From Alphaproteobacteria bacterium (lineage in GTDB: Bacteria > Pseudomonadota > Alphaproteobacteria > GCA-2731375): a DNA stretch of 64,000 nt. The notes under the pieces were generated by a model that was given only the letters and a program-made list of their open reading frames with translations, had not been told where the DNA came from and did no database searches. Positions 49,540-59,597 of this stretch are shown in pieces (positions within the stretch are counted from its first letter, which is position 1; every line of letters starts with the position of its first letter). The stretch is taken from NCBI GenBank assembly GCA_965232515.1, contig CBDDPY010000002.1:5792001-5856000 (forward strand), written 5' to 3'. The position numbers and the translations under genes are program-made.

Positions 49540-49901
49540 CGATGCGTATTCTCACCGTCGACGACTCGCAGACCATGCGCGACATGTTGGCAATGACGCT
49601 CCAGGGCGCCGGCTACGACGTGCTTCAAGCCGAGAATGGCCAAGAGGGTCTGGACGTCCTCAAGGGCTCTGAAGTCGATCTGATTATCACCGACCTCAAT
49701 ATGCCGGTCATGGACGGCTTCGATTTCATCGAGCATGTCCGGTCCGACTCAATGCACAACGCGACGCCGATCCTGATCTTGACCACCGAGAGCGCGGGCG
49801 AGAAGAAGGAGCGCGGCCGGGCCGCCGGCGCGACCGGCTGGATCGTGAAGCCGTTCGAGCCGGAAAAGCTGCTCGGCGTGATCCGCAAGGTCAGCCCCTG
49901 A
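49536..49901 (+). CDS. cheY: Chemotaxis response regulator CheY
   Basis: ILTVDDS, ITDLNMP, LTTES, GATGWIVKPF. Confidence 0.92.
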   Translation: MTMRILTVDDSQTMRDMLAMTLQGAGYDVLQAENGQEGLDVLKGSEVDLIITDLNMPVMDGFDFIEHVRSDSMHNATPILILTTESAGEKKERGRAAGATGWIVKPFEPEKLLGVIRKVSP

Positions 49902-49939
49902 CGTCGAATCTGTAACCCCGACGAACCTCCAGGCGTGTC

Positions 49940-52252
49940 ATGGACGATCTAGAACAATTTAAGCAGACCTATTTCCAGGAATGCGAAGAGCTGCTGGGGG
50001 ATCTTGAATCGCAGCTGATGGCATTGGAAGACGGCGAGCGCGATGTCGACGTCTTGCATGCGGCGTTCCGGGCGATCCATTCGATCAAGGGCGGCGCGGG
50101 CGCATTCGGCTTCGATCAACTGGTTTCGTTTGCCCACACCTTCGAGACGGTTCTCGACCTGATGCGCGAAGGTCAGGTCGAACTGACCGATGACAACGTT
50201 TCGACCTCGGTGCGCGCCGGCGATATTCTTGCCGACCTTGTCAATGCGGCGCAGGCGGGCGAACAGTTGCCGGCCGATCACGGCGCCGATGTGCTGCAGG
50301 CGCTGTCCGTGATCGCGGGCGGCGATGCCGGACCGCCGGCCGCCGACGGCGACGATGAGGACGACGGCGACCTCGACGATCTCGACTTCACGCCGGTCCG
50401 GATCGATCTCGAAGACGGCGCCGAAGCGCCGGCTGAAGCGAATGCCGATGCCGCTGGCGACGCATCGACGCCGGACGGCGAGGCGCTCGATCTTGATGGT
50501 GGGGCGCCTGCCGTTTACCGGGTGTCGTTCCGGCCGCGAACCGAGATGTTGCAGCGCGCCAACGAGCCGCTGCTGATCGTGCGCGAGTTGAAGGAGCTCG
50601 GCACGCTCACGGCGACCGCCGATGTCTCCGAGCTGCCGCCATTGCCCGCACTGCAGCATGATGCCGCTTATCTGTCGTGGACGTTCGAACTGGTAACGTC
50701 TCACGACCTGATGGCGCTCGAGGACGTTTTTGAGTTCGTCACGGACGATTGCGATCTGTCGATCGAGATCGTCGAGGACACGGCGGCGACCGGGGCGGAC
50801 GACGCGGCCGAGACGCCCGCGCCCGCCGCGGCGCCCGACAACGCCGAGCCGGCGGCGGCAAAAGAGAACGCGGCGGGCGACGAGGCCGCCGAGACCAAGA
50901 CCGATGGCAATGGCGCCGCGGCACCGGCGTCGAGCGACGGCGAAGCGGCGAAGGCCGATGCGCCGAAGCCGGCAGAGGGTAAGCCGGAAAAGAAAGAGAA
51001 GGCAAAGTCACAGTCGGCCGCACCGGCCGTCAGCGCGATCCGCGTCGACCTCGACAAGGTCGATCGTCTGGTCAACATGGTCGGTGAGCTGGTGATCACG
51101 CAGGCGATGATTTCGCAGCAATCCGACCAGGTGCTGGCCGACCGCTATCCCGATCTCGTGCGGGGCCTGGAGCAACTGTTTCAGCATACGCGCGGCCTGC
51201 AGGACAGCGTCATGGCGATCCGTGCGCAGCCCGTGAAGTCGGTGTTCTCGCGCATGCCGCGCCTGGTGCGCGAATTGTCGATGCAGATCGGCAAGAAGAT
51301 CCGTCTGGAGATGAGCGGCGAGAACACCGAGATCGACAAGACGGTGATCGAGCAGCTGAACGATCCGCTGACCCACATGATCCGCAATGCCTGCGATCAC
51401 GGGATCGAGGATCCGGAGAAGCGGACCGCGGCCGGCAAGTCGGCCGAAGGCACGATCCTGCTGTCCGCCGAGCAGCGCGGCGGCCGGATCGTGATCCAAA
51501 TCGTCGACGACGGCCAGGGCGTCAATCGCGAGCGGGTGCTCGCCAAGGCGGTCGAGAAGGGATTGGTTGCGGCCGATGCCAACCTGACGGACGAGGAAAT
51601 CGATAATCTGATCTTCTCACCGGGTTTCTCGACCGCCGAGTCGGTGTCGAACATCTCCGGCCGCGGCGTCGGCATGGACGTGGTCCGTCAGAACATTCAG
51701 AAACTTGGCGGCCGGGTCAGCGTCCGCTCCGAGCCGGGCAAGGGATCGAACATCATCCTGACGCTGCCGCTGACGCTGGCCGTGCTGGACGGCATGATCG
51801 TGCGGGTCGGCGGCGAGTCCTATGTGATCCCGCTGACCAACGTGATCGAGAGCCTGTCGCCACAGGAGGGCGATATCAGCCTGGTCGCGGGCGGCGGCGA
51901 CGTCATCAGCATCCGTGGTGAATACATCGAGCTCATCTACTTGAATCAGGTCTTCAGCATCGACAGCAACGGCTCGCAATCGAACGGCCTCGTCGTTCTG
52001 GTGGAAGTCGAAGGCGGCGGCAAAGTTGGCCTGGTGGTGGACGAGATCCTCGGCCAGCAGCAGGTCGTGATCAAGAGCCTGGAAGAAAACTTCGATCCGA
52101 TTCCGGGCATCGGCGGCGCGACCATTCTTGGTGACGGCAATGTCGCGCTCATTCTCGACGTGACGGGCGTACGGTCCCTGCAGGTCCAGGCCTCGGCCGC
52201 CAGCGCCGCCGAAAAATCGAAAGCCATTCAGATTGAGGAGTGCGTAGCATGA
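49940..52252 (+). CDS. cheA: Chemotaxis histidine kinase CheA
   Basis: FRAIHSIKGGAG (P1), IRVDLDKVDRLVN (P3), HMIRNACDHGIE, SGRGVGMDVV, C-terminal CheW domain. Confidence 0.97.
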   Translation: MDDLEQFKQTYFQECEELLGDLESQLMALEDGERDVDVLHAAFRAIHSIKGGAGAFGFDQLVSFAHTFETVLDLMREGQVELTDDNVSTSVRAGDILADLVNAAQAGEQLPADHGADVLQALSVIAGGDAGPPAADGDDEDDGDLDDLDFTPVRIDLEDGAEAPAEANADAAGDASTPDGEALDLDGGAPAVYRVSFRPRTEMLQRANEPLLIVRELKELGTLTATADVSELPPLPALQHDAAYLSWTFELVTSHDLMALEDVFEFVTDDCDLSIEIVEDTAATGADDAAETPAPAAAPDNAEPAAAKENAAGDEAAETKTDGNGAAAPASSDGEAAKADAPKPAEGKPEKKEKAKSQSAAPAVSAIRVDLDKVDRLVNMVGELVITQAMISQQSDQVLADRYPDLVRGLEQLFQHTRGLQDSVMAIRAQPVKSVFSRMPRLVRELSMQIGKKIRLEMSGENTEIDKTVIEQLNDPLTHMIRNACDHGIEDPEKRTAAGKSAEGTILLSAEQRGGRIVIQIVDDGQGVNRERVLAKAVEKGLVAADANLTDEEIDNLIFSPGFSTAESVSNISGRGVGMDVVRQNIQKLGGRVSVRSEPGKGSNIILTLPLTLAVLDGMIVRVGGESYVIPLTNVIESLSPQEGDISLVAGGGDVISIRGEYIELIYLNQVFSIDSNGSQSNGLVVLVEVEGGGKVGLVVDEILGQQQVVIKSLEENFDPIPGIGGATILGDGNVALILDVTGVRSLQVQASAASAAEKSKAIQIEECVA

Positions 52253-52749
52253 TTGAGGAAACTGCCGAAGTCGAACAGGAGGTCGGGACTCCCCGAGAGA
52301 TCGAGCACGTCGCCGGCAAGACGGTGCAGCTCATCTCGTTCTCGGTCGGCAAGGAAGCCTATTGCGTCGATATCATGGCCGTTCGCGAGATCCGGGCCTG
52401 GACGGGTACGACGACACTGCCGAAGACGCAGGACTTCGTGCGCGGCGTGATCAATCTGCGCGGCATCATCGTGCCCATCATCGACCTGCGCAAACGCTTT
52501 GGCCAGGGCCATACGGATCCGACCAAAACCCACGTCGTCATCATCCTCGCCATCGGCGAGCGGTTGAACGGCATCCTGGCCGATGCCGTCTCGGATATCC
52601 TGACGGTGCCCGAGGACGAGATCCACGCGGTTCCGCAGGCCGAGGGCGAGGCCGAGAACCCGTTCATCGACGGTCTGGTCACCAAGGACAAGCAGATGGT
52701 GGCGTTGATTTCGCTGGAACGGCTGATCGACCAGGCTGTCGTTCACTGA
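52249..52749 (+). CDS. cheW: Chemotaxis protein CheW
   Basis: DIMAVREIR, GVINLRG.IVPIIDLR, DAVSDI. Confidence 0.95.
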   Translation: MIEETAEVEQEVGTPREIEHVAGKTVQLISFSVGKEAYCVDIMAVREIRAWTGTTTLPKTQDFVRGVINLRGIIVPIIDLRKRFGQGHTDPTKTHVVIILAIGERLNGILADAVSDILTVPEDEIHAVPQAEGEAENPFIDGLVTKDKQMVALISLERLIDQAVVH

Positions 52750-52794
52750 CATGCCGCCCGGCCGGCGCACCGGCCGTCGGCAGACCAAAAGGAA

Positions 52795-52830
52795 TGCGAA
52801 GCGCCGACCGTCGGGTCGGCGCTTTTTGCA
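52795..52830. terminator. Probable intrinsic terminator after cheW
   Basis: aagcgccgacc-gtcg-ggtcggcgctt followed by ttt. Confidence 0.75.
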
Positions 52831-52938
52831 TTGGCGGACCGTCTTGGATCGGTGTGTTGCGGATTCAGCGGTTTGGAGGGAAACGGCGTCGGCCATTCGG
52901 CCGATACATGCCCGTAGCGGCGCGGGCGCGACCGTGGG

Positions 52939-53283
52939 TCAGGAGGCTTGCTGGAACTCGAACGCCAGTTCCTCGCCGGCGCCCGCCGCCTTCTGGGCGC
53001 ACTCTCGGATCGCCTGCAGGATCTTGGCCTGATTGTCGTTGTTGGCGGAGGTCTCCAGCTGCTCGCAGAGCCGGGCCACCCATTCGCTCTCGTTCGTGTG
53101 AAAACTCGCCTGGGAGGTGGTGATCAGTCCAACCAGAATACCGCCCAAGCAGCCCCCGGCCTCGCGGATCTTGACGTTGTCTTCCGGCATTTCGATACCG
53201 GCGAGCCAGTCGATCAATTGAGAGCATTCCTGGCTGAATGTCTCGCCGTCCATTCCGGAGATCTTTTTCGTGTGGAGACTCAT
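52939..53283 (-). CDS. Hypothetical protein (114 aa) antisense within the che cluster
   Basis: ORF with protein-like composition and GGAG/AAGGA upstream; no family recognised. Confidence 0.6.
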   Translation of the reverse strand: MSLHTKKISGMDGETFSQECSQLIDWLAGIEMPEDNVKIREAGGCLGGILVGLITTSQASFHTNESEWVARLCEQLETSANNDNQAKILQAIRECAQKAAGAGEELAFEFQQAS

Positions 53284-53741
53284 TCCTTAACTCCGAGGCT
53301 TCCGGCTCCGCTGGAGCGGTAACTGCTTGATCGACTTGCAACAAGGTCCAAGGCCGAACGCATCCGCCTCTGGTGCATGCCAGTCGCCGTAGACGCCAAT
53401 ATTGCCGCCAAGCTATTGCGAAATGCTTACTTGATTATCGCCAATTGACAGAATCGGCGGCACCGCCGGTTTGTTGCTTGTCTTCGACCTTCCAGGCCGT
53501 TCGGCAAGGGCGGCTTTACCGAAACGTAACCTCTGCAACTTAAGCATTCTTCTTCAAGGGTCGTTGTCTCATCGCTTGAGAGAAACCACGTGTTTTCGGT
53601 GTCATTCCTTCCGTCGGTGGAGCGCGACCTCGCGATTGAGGTCGTCAGGCCACCGGCGCACACGGCCGAGGCGTCGTCGATCGTTCGCTGGCCGGCGGCG
53701 CAAGGTGACGCGATCTCACGACAACATGGACGAGATCTCTA

Positions 53742-54608
53742 ATGTCGGCGGCGGCTGCATCACAAAAAGACAAACAGCGGGACTTCGCGTTCTCGGACAG
53801 CGACTTCCGTTTCATCGCCCAAATGCTGAAGGAACGCGCCGGCATCGTGCTGGCCGACCACAAGCGGGACATGGTGTACAGCCGGCTCGCAAAACGAATT
53901 CGCGAGCTGAAGCTGGACAGCTTTCGCGAATACATCGATTTGCTGACCGGCCCGAAGGGCGACGACGAGATCGGCACGACCCTGAACGCGCTGACCACAA
54001 ACCTGACCAAGTTTTTCCGCGAGTCGCATCACTTCGACCATCTGAAGTCGGTCGTGGCGCCCGCGGCCCGCAGCGCGGTGAAACCAGGCCAGCGGCCTCG
54101 GCTGCGCATCTGGTCGGCCGGCTGCTCGTCGGGAGAGGAGCCCTACTCGATCTCCATGACGCTGCTCCAGGGGATATCGGATATTGCCAAGTGGGACGCC
54201 AGGATTCTGGCGACCGACATCGACACCAACATGGTGCACCGCGCGTCGCAGGGCATTTACGAACGCCGCTCCGTCGAGGCCATACCGGGACAAGCGCGAA
54301 GCCAGTTCGCCAAGCCGGTGAAGGGAGACGACGACAATTTCCAGATGTCCGAGCGTGTGCGGTCTCTGATCACGTTCAAGCCGCTCAACCTGTTGCATCC
54401 CTGGCCGATGAAAGGCCCGTTTGACCTGATCTTCTGTCGCAACGTTGTGATCTACTTCGACAAGGACACACAGCGCAAACTGTTCGACCGCTATGCCGAC
54501 CTGTTGCGCGAAGACGCGTTCCTCTACATCGGCCATTCCGAGTCGCTGTTCAACGTCACCGACCGCTTCAAGCTGGTCGGTCAAAGCATCTACCAGAGAC
54601 AATCATGA
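53742..54608 (+). CDS. cheR: Chemotaxis methyltransferase CheR
   Basis: LTTNLTKFFRESHHF, WSAGCSSGEEPYS, IFCRNVVIYF, GHSES. Confidence 0.96.
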   Translation: MSAAAASQKDKQRDFAFSDSDFRFIAQMLKERAGIVLADHKRDMVYSRLAKRIRELKLDSFREYIDLLTGPKGDDEIGTTLNALTTNLTKFFRESHHFDHLKSVVAPAARSAVKPGQRPRLRIWSAGCSSGEEPYSISMTLLQGISDIAKWDARILATDIDTNMVHRASQGIYERRSVEAIPGQARSQFAKPVKGDDDNFQMSERVRSLITFKPLNLLHPWPMKGPFDLIFCRNVVIYFDKDTQRKLFDRYADLLREDAFLYIGHSESLFNVTDRFKLVGQSIYQRQS

Positions 54609-54699
54609 TGATGTTCGACAGGGGGCGCGCGGACATCGTTACCGGCGGATCGAACCAGATGCGATTCGCAACTATCACCGAGGATTGGAGTGCTGTGGG

Positions 54700-55728
54700 A
54701 TGATACGGGTCCTGATCGTTGACGATTCCGCGCTGATCCGGCAACTGTTGAGCCACCTCCTGTCCGAGGATCCCGAGATCAAGGTCGTCGGCGTGGCCGC
54801 CGATCCGCTGGTGGCGCGCGAGAAGATCAAGGCCGAGAATCCTGACGTCGTCACCCTCGACGTCGAGATGCCGAAGATGGACGGCCTGTCGTTTCTGGAG
54901 CGGATCATGCGCCTCCGGCCGATGCCGGTGGTGATGGTTTCGACGCTCACCCAGAAGGGCGCGGACGTGACGCTGAAGGCGCTCGAATTGGGCGCGGTCG
55001 ATTTCATCGGCAAGCCGACCATCGATGTCGAAAGCGGCTGGCAGGAAAAGAAAGAGGAGCTGATCGCCAAGGTCAAGGCCGCGGCCCGGGCGCGGGTGCA
55101 ATCGCGGACCAACGGCAGCAAGGCGCCGAAGAAGTCCGTCTCCAGCAACATCGGCTTTCGCACAACCGACAAGGTCGTGGCCATCGGCGCCTCCACGGGC
55201 GGCGTGGACGCCTTGCGCGAGGTGATATGCGCGCTGCCTGCGGACAGCCCGCCGATCCTGATCACGCAGCACATGCCGCCGAGCTTCACCGGCCGGTTTG
55301 CGGAACGTCTGAATTCGCTGGCCGCTGTGTCGATCGCCGAGGCGACGGACAATGCCCGGGTGATGCCTGGCCATGTCTACATCGCGCCGGGCGACAAGCA
55401 CCTGAAGCTCTCGCGGTCGGGCGCCAACTATATCTGCAAGCTGTGGGACGGGCCGCTGGTGACCGGTCACAAACCGTCGGTCGACGTGATGTTCGAGTCG
55501 GTTGCCGACGTTGCCGGCGAGAACTGCGTCGCGGCGATCCTGACCGGGATGGGCAAGGACGGCGGCAAGGGCATGCTGAAGATCCGTGAGACCGGCGCCA
55601 TGACGATCGGTCAGGACGAGGCGACATCGCTGGTCTACGGCATGCCCAGGGTGGCGCAGGAGATGGGCGCCGTACAGGAGCAGCTGCCGCTCGGAAAGAT
55701 CGCCGAAGGGATCATGAAAGCCTGTTGA
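54700..55728 (+). CDS. cheB: Chemotaxis methylesterase CheB
   Basis: REC domain TLDVEMP; GASTGG, QHMP, HKPSVD, LTGMGKDG. Confidence 0.96.
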   Translation: MIRVLIVDDSALIRQLLSHLLSEDPEIKVVGVAADPLVAREKIKAENPDVVTLDVEMPKMDGLSFLERIMRLRPMPVVMVSTLTQKGADVTLKALELGAVDFIGKPTIDVESGWQEKKEELIAKVKAAARARVQSRTNGSKAPKKSVSSNIGFRTTDKVVAIGASTGGVDALREVICALPADSPPILITQHMPPSFTGRFAERLNSLAAVSIAEATDNARVMPGHVYIAPGDKHLKLSRSGANYICKLWDGPLVTGHKPSVDVMFESVADVAGENCVAAILTGMGKDGGKGMLKIRETGAMTIGQDEATSLVYGMPRVAQEMGAVQEQLPLGKIAEGIMKAC

Positions 55729-56038
55729 ACATCGGTGATTGGTTGGCGCTCCGGTCATCGACGATCGCGATTCACTGCCGGAAACGACAGAATTAGCGCC
55801 AGTAACGGTCGGAGTTCTCATAAAGAGAACAAAGTATTCGGGTTCGATGTTCAAATTATCTCAGTTCCTGCAAATGGTTTCGGTTAACCGATTTTTGAAA
55901 TTTCGCCATTAGAAATGGATCGTTGTCGGACTGATAGCCGATACTGCGGCAAGTCGGATCGACGTTCGTATGACCAGGGCGGTTCCGCCTGAAGCGGATG
56001 ATGCGGCGCCGCCGAGTGACCTAGCGGAGAAGTGGACG

Positions 56039-56428
56039 ATGCCTACAGCGAAAGACATGGTTGTCCTGGTTGTCGACGATCAGCAGAGCATGCGGCAGCT
56101 CACCCGCTATTCCCTCGAGCAGCTCGGCATCCGGAAGGTCACCGAGGCTTCGGACGGGAAGGACGCCGTCTCGGCCATGCAAAGCCAGAAATTCGATCTG
56201 ATCATTTCGGATTGGAACATGGACGTCATGGACGGCCTGGAGCTGCTGAAGCACGTTCGCGCCGATCCGATCTTCAACAAGACGCCGTTCATCATGGCGA
56301 CCGGTCAGAACTCCAAAGCGCAGGTGAAGGAAGCGATCGACGCCGGCGTCAACAACTACATCGTCAAGCCGCTGAACGGCATCACGCTGAAGAAGAAGAT
56401 CGAAGCGGTTATGGGGCCGCTGCAGTAG
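56039..56428 (+). CDS. cheY: Second CheY-type response regulator
   Basis: MPTAKDM.VLVVDD, ISDWNM, GVNNYIVKP; position after cheB. Confidence 0.88.
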   Translation: MPTAKDMVVLVVDDQQSMRQLTRYSLEQLGIRKVTEASDGKDAVSAMQSQKFDLIISDWNMDVMDGLELLKHVRADPIFNKTPFIMATGQNSKAQVKEAIDAGVNNYIVKPLNGITLKKKIEAVMGPLQ

Positions 56429-56680
56429 GCCACCGCGACAGACGCGGGACATTATCCGCGCCGCCCCCGCGACACATCATCGTTCAGCAACGCACTGTGC
56501 CGGCATCACTGCCGGCATTTTGCGTTTTCGGATCTCCGCTCGGCCTTGCCCGGGCGACGATCTATGCGTGCTTGCAGGCAACCCTGTGACTCAGGTAGGG
56601 ATCATGCGGGGCGGGCAGCGGCAAGCGCGTGACGACGTTCGCCCTGTCGACGTTCAGGGTGACCGAAGGACGGGTAATCC

Positions 56681-57517
56681 GTGTCAAGCAATCGGACGGC
56701 GTACACGATCGTCGTCGGCAATGAAAAGGGAGGTTCGGGCAAGACGACCACCGCTGCGCACCTGATCACGGCCTTGTTGCGCACCGGCTTTCGCGTCGCC
56801 AGCCTGGACCTGGATCCGCGCCAGCGGTCGCTGACACGTTTCTTCGACAACCGTCAACGTTGGGCGGCGGCGCATGGCGTCGAGCTGCCGTCGCCTTCGC
56901 ATCGCGCCGTTCAGCGCAGCGAGGCGGACAGTCATACCCAAGCCATCCGCGAGGAACGGCAGCGCCTGACCGCCGCGATGGCGGAGTTCCGGGGCTACCA
57001 CGACTTCATCGTGGTCGACTGCCCGGGCAGCGACATGTCGCTGGCACGCATTGGCCACGCCTTTGCCGATACGCTGATCACGCCGATCAACGACAGCTTC
57101 CTCGATCTGGATCTGCTGGCCGAGCTGGATCCGTCCGGCGGCAAGGTCGAAGCCGTTGGCGTCTATGCGAAGATGGTGATGGAGATCCGTCGCCAGCGGA
57201 TCGAGAGCAAGCGCCCCGGCATGGACTGGATCCTTATGCGCAACCGGTTGAGCTCGCTCGGCGACCGGAACAAGCGCCTGCTCGCCGATACCCTGGGCGA
57301 GCTGTCGAAAACCTTCGGTCTGCGGCTGGCGACCGGTTTCGGCGAGCGCATTATCTTCCGTCAGCTGTTTCTATCGGGCTTGACCGTGCTGGATCTCGGT
57401 CAGTCGGATGTCGATATCCCCATGACCATGTCGCACGTGGCGGCGCGGCAGGAGATCCGGCAGTTGCTCGGCGCGCTCTGGCTGCCGCGTGTGGACGATC
57501 GCCTGAAGGCGCTGTAA
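56681..57517 (+). CDS. mipZ: MipZ-like ParA/MinD ATPase
   Basis: IVVGNEKGGSGKTT, DLDPRQRS, ADTLITPINDSFLDLD, RNRLS, GFGERIIFRQLF..GLTVLD, SHVAARQEIR. Confidence 0.82.
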   Translation: MSSNRTAYTIVVGNEKGGSGKTTTAAHLITALLRTGFRVASLDLDPRQRSLTRFFDNRQRWAAAHGVELPSPSHRAVQRSEADSHTQAIREERQRLTAAMAEFRGYHDFIVVDCPGSDMSLARIGHAFADTLITPINDSFLDLDLLAELDPSGGKVEAVGVYAKMVMEIRRQRIESKRPGMDWILMRNRLSSLGDRNKRLLADTLGELSKTFGLRLATGFGERIIFRQLFLSGLTVLDLGQSDVDIPMTMSHVAARQEIRQLLGALWLPRVDDRLKAL

Positions 57518-57556
57518 CGCCGGCCGCTGACGCGGGTTCGGCGTCAACCGGTCCGA

Positions 57557-58057
57557 TCAGTCTTCGTGGTCGAAGGTTGTCGGCGAGAAGCGCTTGGCGA
57601 ACCGCGACTTCACCTCTTCCATCGTCAGTTGGCTCAGTGCCTGACTGACCCAGCGGTCCGGCAGCAGGGTGGCCGTGCCGTCGCCGCCGTTCGGGAGAGC
57701 GGCCTTGGCCTCCATCTCCTGCGTCGCTTCCAGCAGCACGCCAAGCGCGATGGCCAGGTTGCTTTGCCGCTGCCGCAGCCGGTCGTCGGCCTGCAGCGCG
57801 GCGATGATGCCGCTGACGCTGCCCATGGCCTCCTGCGGCAGGCCGGAGGCGAACAGCGTCATGGCATGGTTCGACAAGTCGCTGGCCATGACCTGCTGCA
57901 GCTCGAGTGTCCGGTCGATTTCCTCGACAGCCGTTTCGAGTCCGGCGATCACGAAGCTTGTGAGCTGAAGGATCTCGTCGGCGGTCAGCCCGTCCGACGT
58001 GCCGTCAGCCTGTTCGTTCGCTGGGTCAATCGACTTAGGTAACGCCTTAGTCGTCAT
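57557..58057 (-). CDS. Hypothetical helical protein with a CheZ-like DxxxQ motif
   Basis: IIAALQADDRLRQR resembles the CheZ-family IxxAxxFQDxxxQ helix; lies in the che cluster. Confidence 0.6.
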   Translation of the reverse strand: MTTKALPKSIDPANEQADGTSDGLTADEILQLTSFVIAGLETAVEEIDRTLELQQVMASDLSNHAMTLFASGLPQEAMGSVSGIIAALQADDRLRQRQSNLAIALGVLLEATQEMEAKAALPNGGDGTATLLPDRWVSQALSQLTMEEVKSRFAKRFSPTTFDHED

Positions 58058-58433
58058 CGGAAAATCTTGCCTAATTTTTTGTAAATCGTAGTCGAAACTT
58101 CAAGGCGATCCCCCAATCCGACAAACTAACTTGTCGACTTTGCCAAGTCGTTAACTCAACGGCGCTGAATTCAGTAGCTCGAATTCTACCAATCGTACGC
58201 AATGTCGATGGATGTGCTAATAAGCGCTGCTATTAACAGAAAATTACGCTTTAGCCACCAATCTCAAAGAACGAAATGATTGCAGTCGCTGTCGGCATCT
58301 CCGGCGGTGCGCCCAGCGAATCGGGCGGCGCTGCATGACACCAGGTGACCATTCGGAGTTGGGGGACATCCGGCACGGTCCATCATTCGGGTTCGATGGG
58401 CCGAAAGATTGAGTGAAGGGCTTCCGCAACGTC

Positions 58434-59597
58434 ATGCAATCAACCCGGATAAACAAGATCCTGCGTCGCCACCAGAGCTGGTTGACGAACCAGTCGGACG
58501 GGATCCGCGCCGACTTTACCGGCGAGGATCTGACGGGCGCCGACTTCAGCGGCTTCGACCTTCGGCATGTCGGCTTTAGCGGCGCCACGCTCCGGGGCTG
58601 CCGCTTCGACTCTGCCCGTCTCGACGAGGCGGATCTGTTTTGCGCCGACATGACCGACGCCTCGCTGCGAAACGCCAGCCTGATCGACGCCGATCTTCGC
58701 GGCGCCGTATTTCAGGATGCCGATCTCAGCGGCTGCAACCTGCGCGGCGCGCGGCTGCGGCGCGGTCTGCGATTTGCCGAGGACAGCGACGAGCCGGTTG
58801 CGAAGATTCCGCAGAACCTGAAGCGGGCCACGCTGCAGGATGCCGATCTCAGCGGCGTCGACTGTCTGGGCGCGGACCTTTCGTCGGCCAATCTGACCGG
58901 CGCCAACCTGGAAAACGCCTCGCTCTGCGAGGCTGAACTGGTTGAGGCCGACCTGTCACGGGCCAATCTTTCCAACGCCGATCTCGCGGGCGCCGATCTG
59001 CGGCAGGCGGACCTGACCGGCGCCGTTCTGGAAGGCGTGAACGCGGTCGGCGCGCAGTTGCCGCCGGGCGTGGTGATTTCGAACGCCGGCGCCGGCGCGC
59101 CGGTCGACGAGCCGCCGGCGCAGCAGGACATCGAAGCCATATTCGACTCGCATGCCCGTTGGATCGAGGGGCGCGGCGGCAAGCCAGCCATTCTCATGGG
59201 CGACAAGCTGGGCCCGATCGATCTCAGCGGTCGTGACCTGAGCGGCGCCGTGTTGCGCAATGTCGACCTGCGCGGCGCCAAGTTCGTCAAGTCGCGCATG
59301 GTGATGATCAATCTGACCGGCAGCGATCTCAGCGGCGCCGACCTGCAGGAAGCCGATCTGCGCGGCGCGCAGCTGGCGCACGCGACTCTCACGGATGCCG
59401 ATCTTCGGCGTGTGGATCTGCGCCGGTCCGAGTTGCGGGACGGCAATGGGAAGAAGAACGGTCGATTTCAGTGCGCTGACCTCTCGCATGCGCGACTGAC
59501 GGGGGCAAAGCTCGACGACGCCAAGCTGGACGATGCCGTCCTGAACGGCGTGCAGGGCTTTGACGGTTCGGAGCTGCGGAAGGAGACGGCGTCGTAA
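58434..59597 (+). CDS. Pentapeptide repeat protein (two modules)
   Basis: Many A(D/N)Lxx repeats; two caps ILRRHQSWL...GIRA and IFDSHARWI...GKPA; TAATG overlap with cheD. Confidence 0.9.
   Translation: MQSTRINKILRRHQSWLTNQSDGIRADFTGEDLTGADFSGFDLRHVGFSGATLRGCRFDSARLDEADLFCADMTDASLRNASLIDADLRGAVFQDADLSGCNLRGARLRRGLRFAEDSDEPVAKIPQNLKRATLQDADLSGVDCLGADLSSANLTGANLENASLCEAELVEADLSRANLSNADLAGADLRQADLTGAVLEGVNAVGAQLPPGVVISNAGAGAPVDEPPAQQDIEAIFDSHARWIEGRGGKPAILMGDKLGPIDLSGRDLSGAVLRNVDLRGAKFVKSRMVMINLTGSDLSGADLQEADLRGAQLAHATLTDADLRRVDLRRSELRDGNGKKNGRFQCADLSHARLTGAKLDDAKLDDAVLNGVQGFDGSELRKETAS

Noticed and set aside
58434-59597. Qnr/MfpA-type quinolone resistance protein
   Set aside because: It is much longer, has two capped modules, and sits in a chemotaxis context; the repeats alone do not imply gyrase protection.
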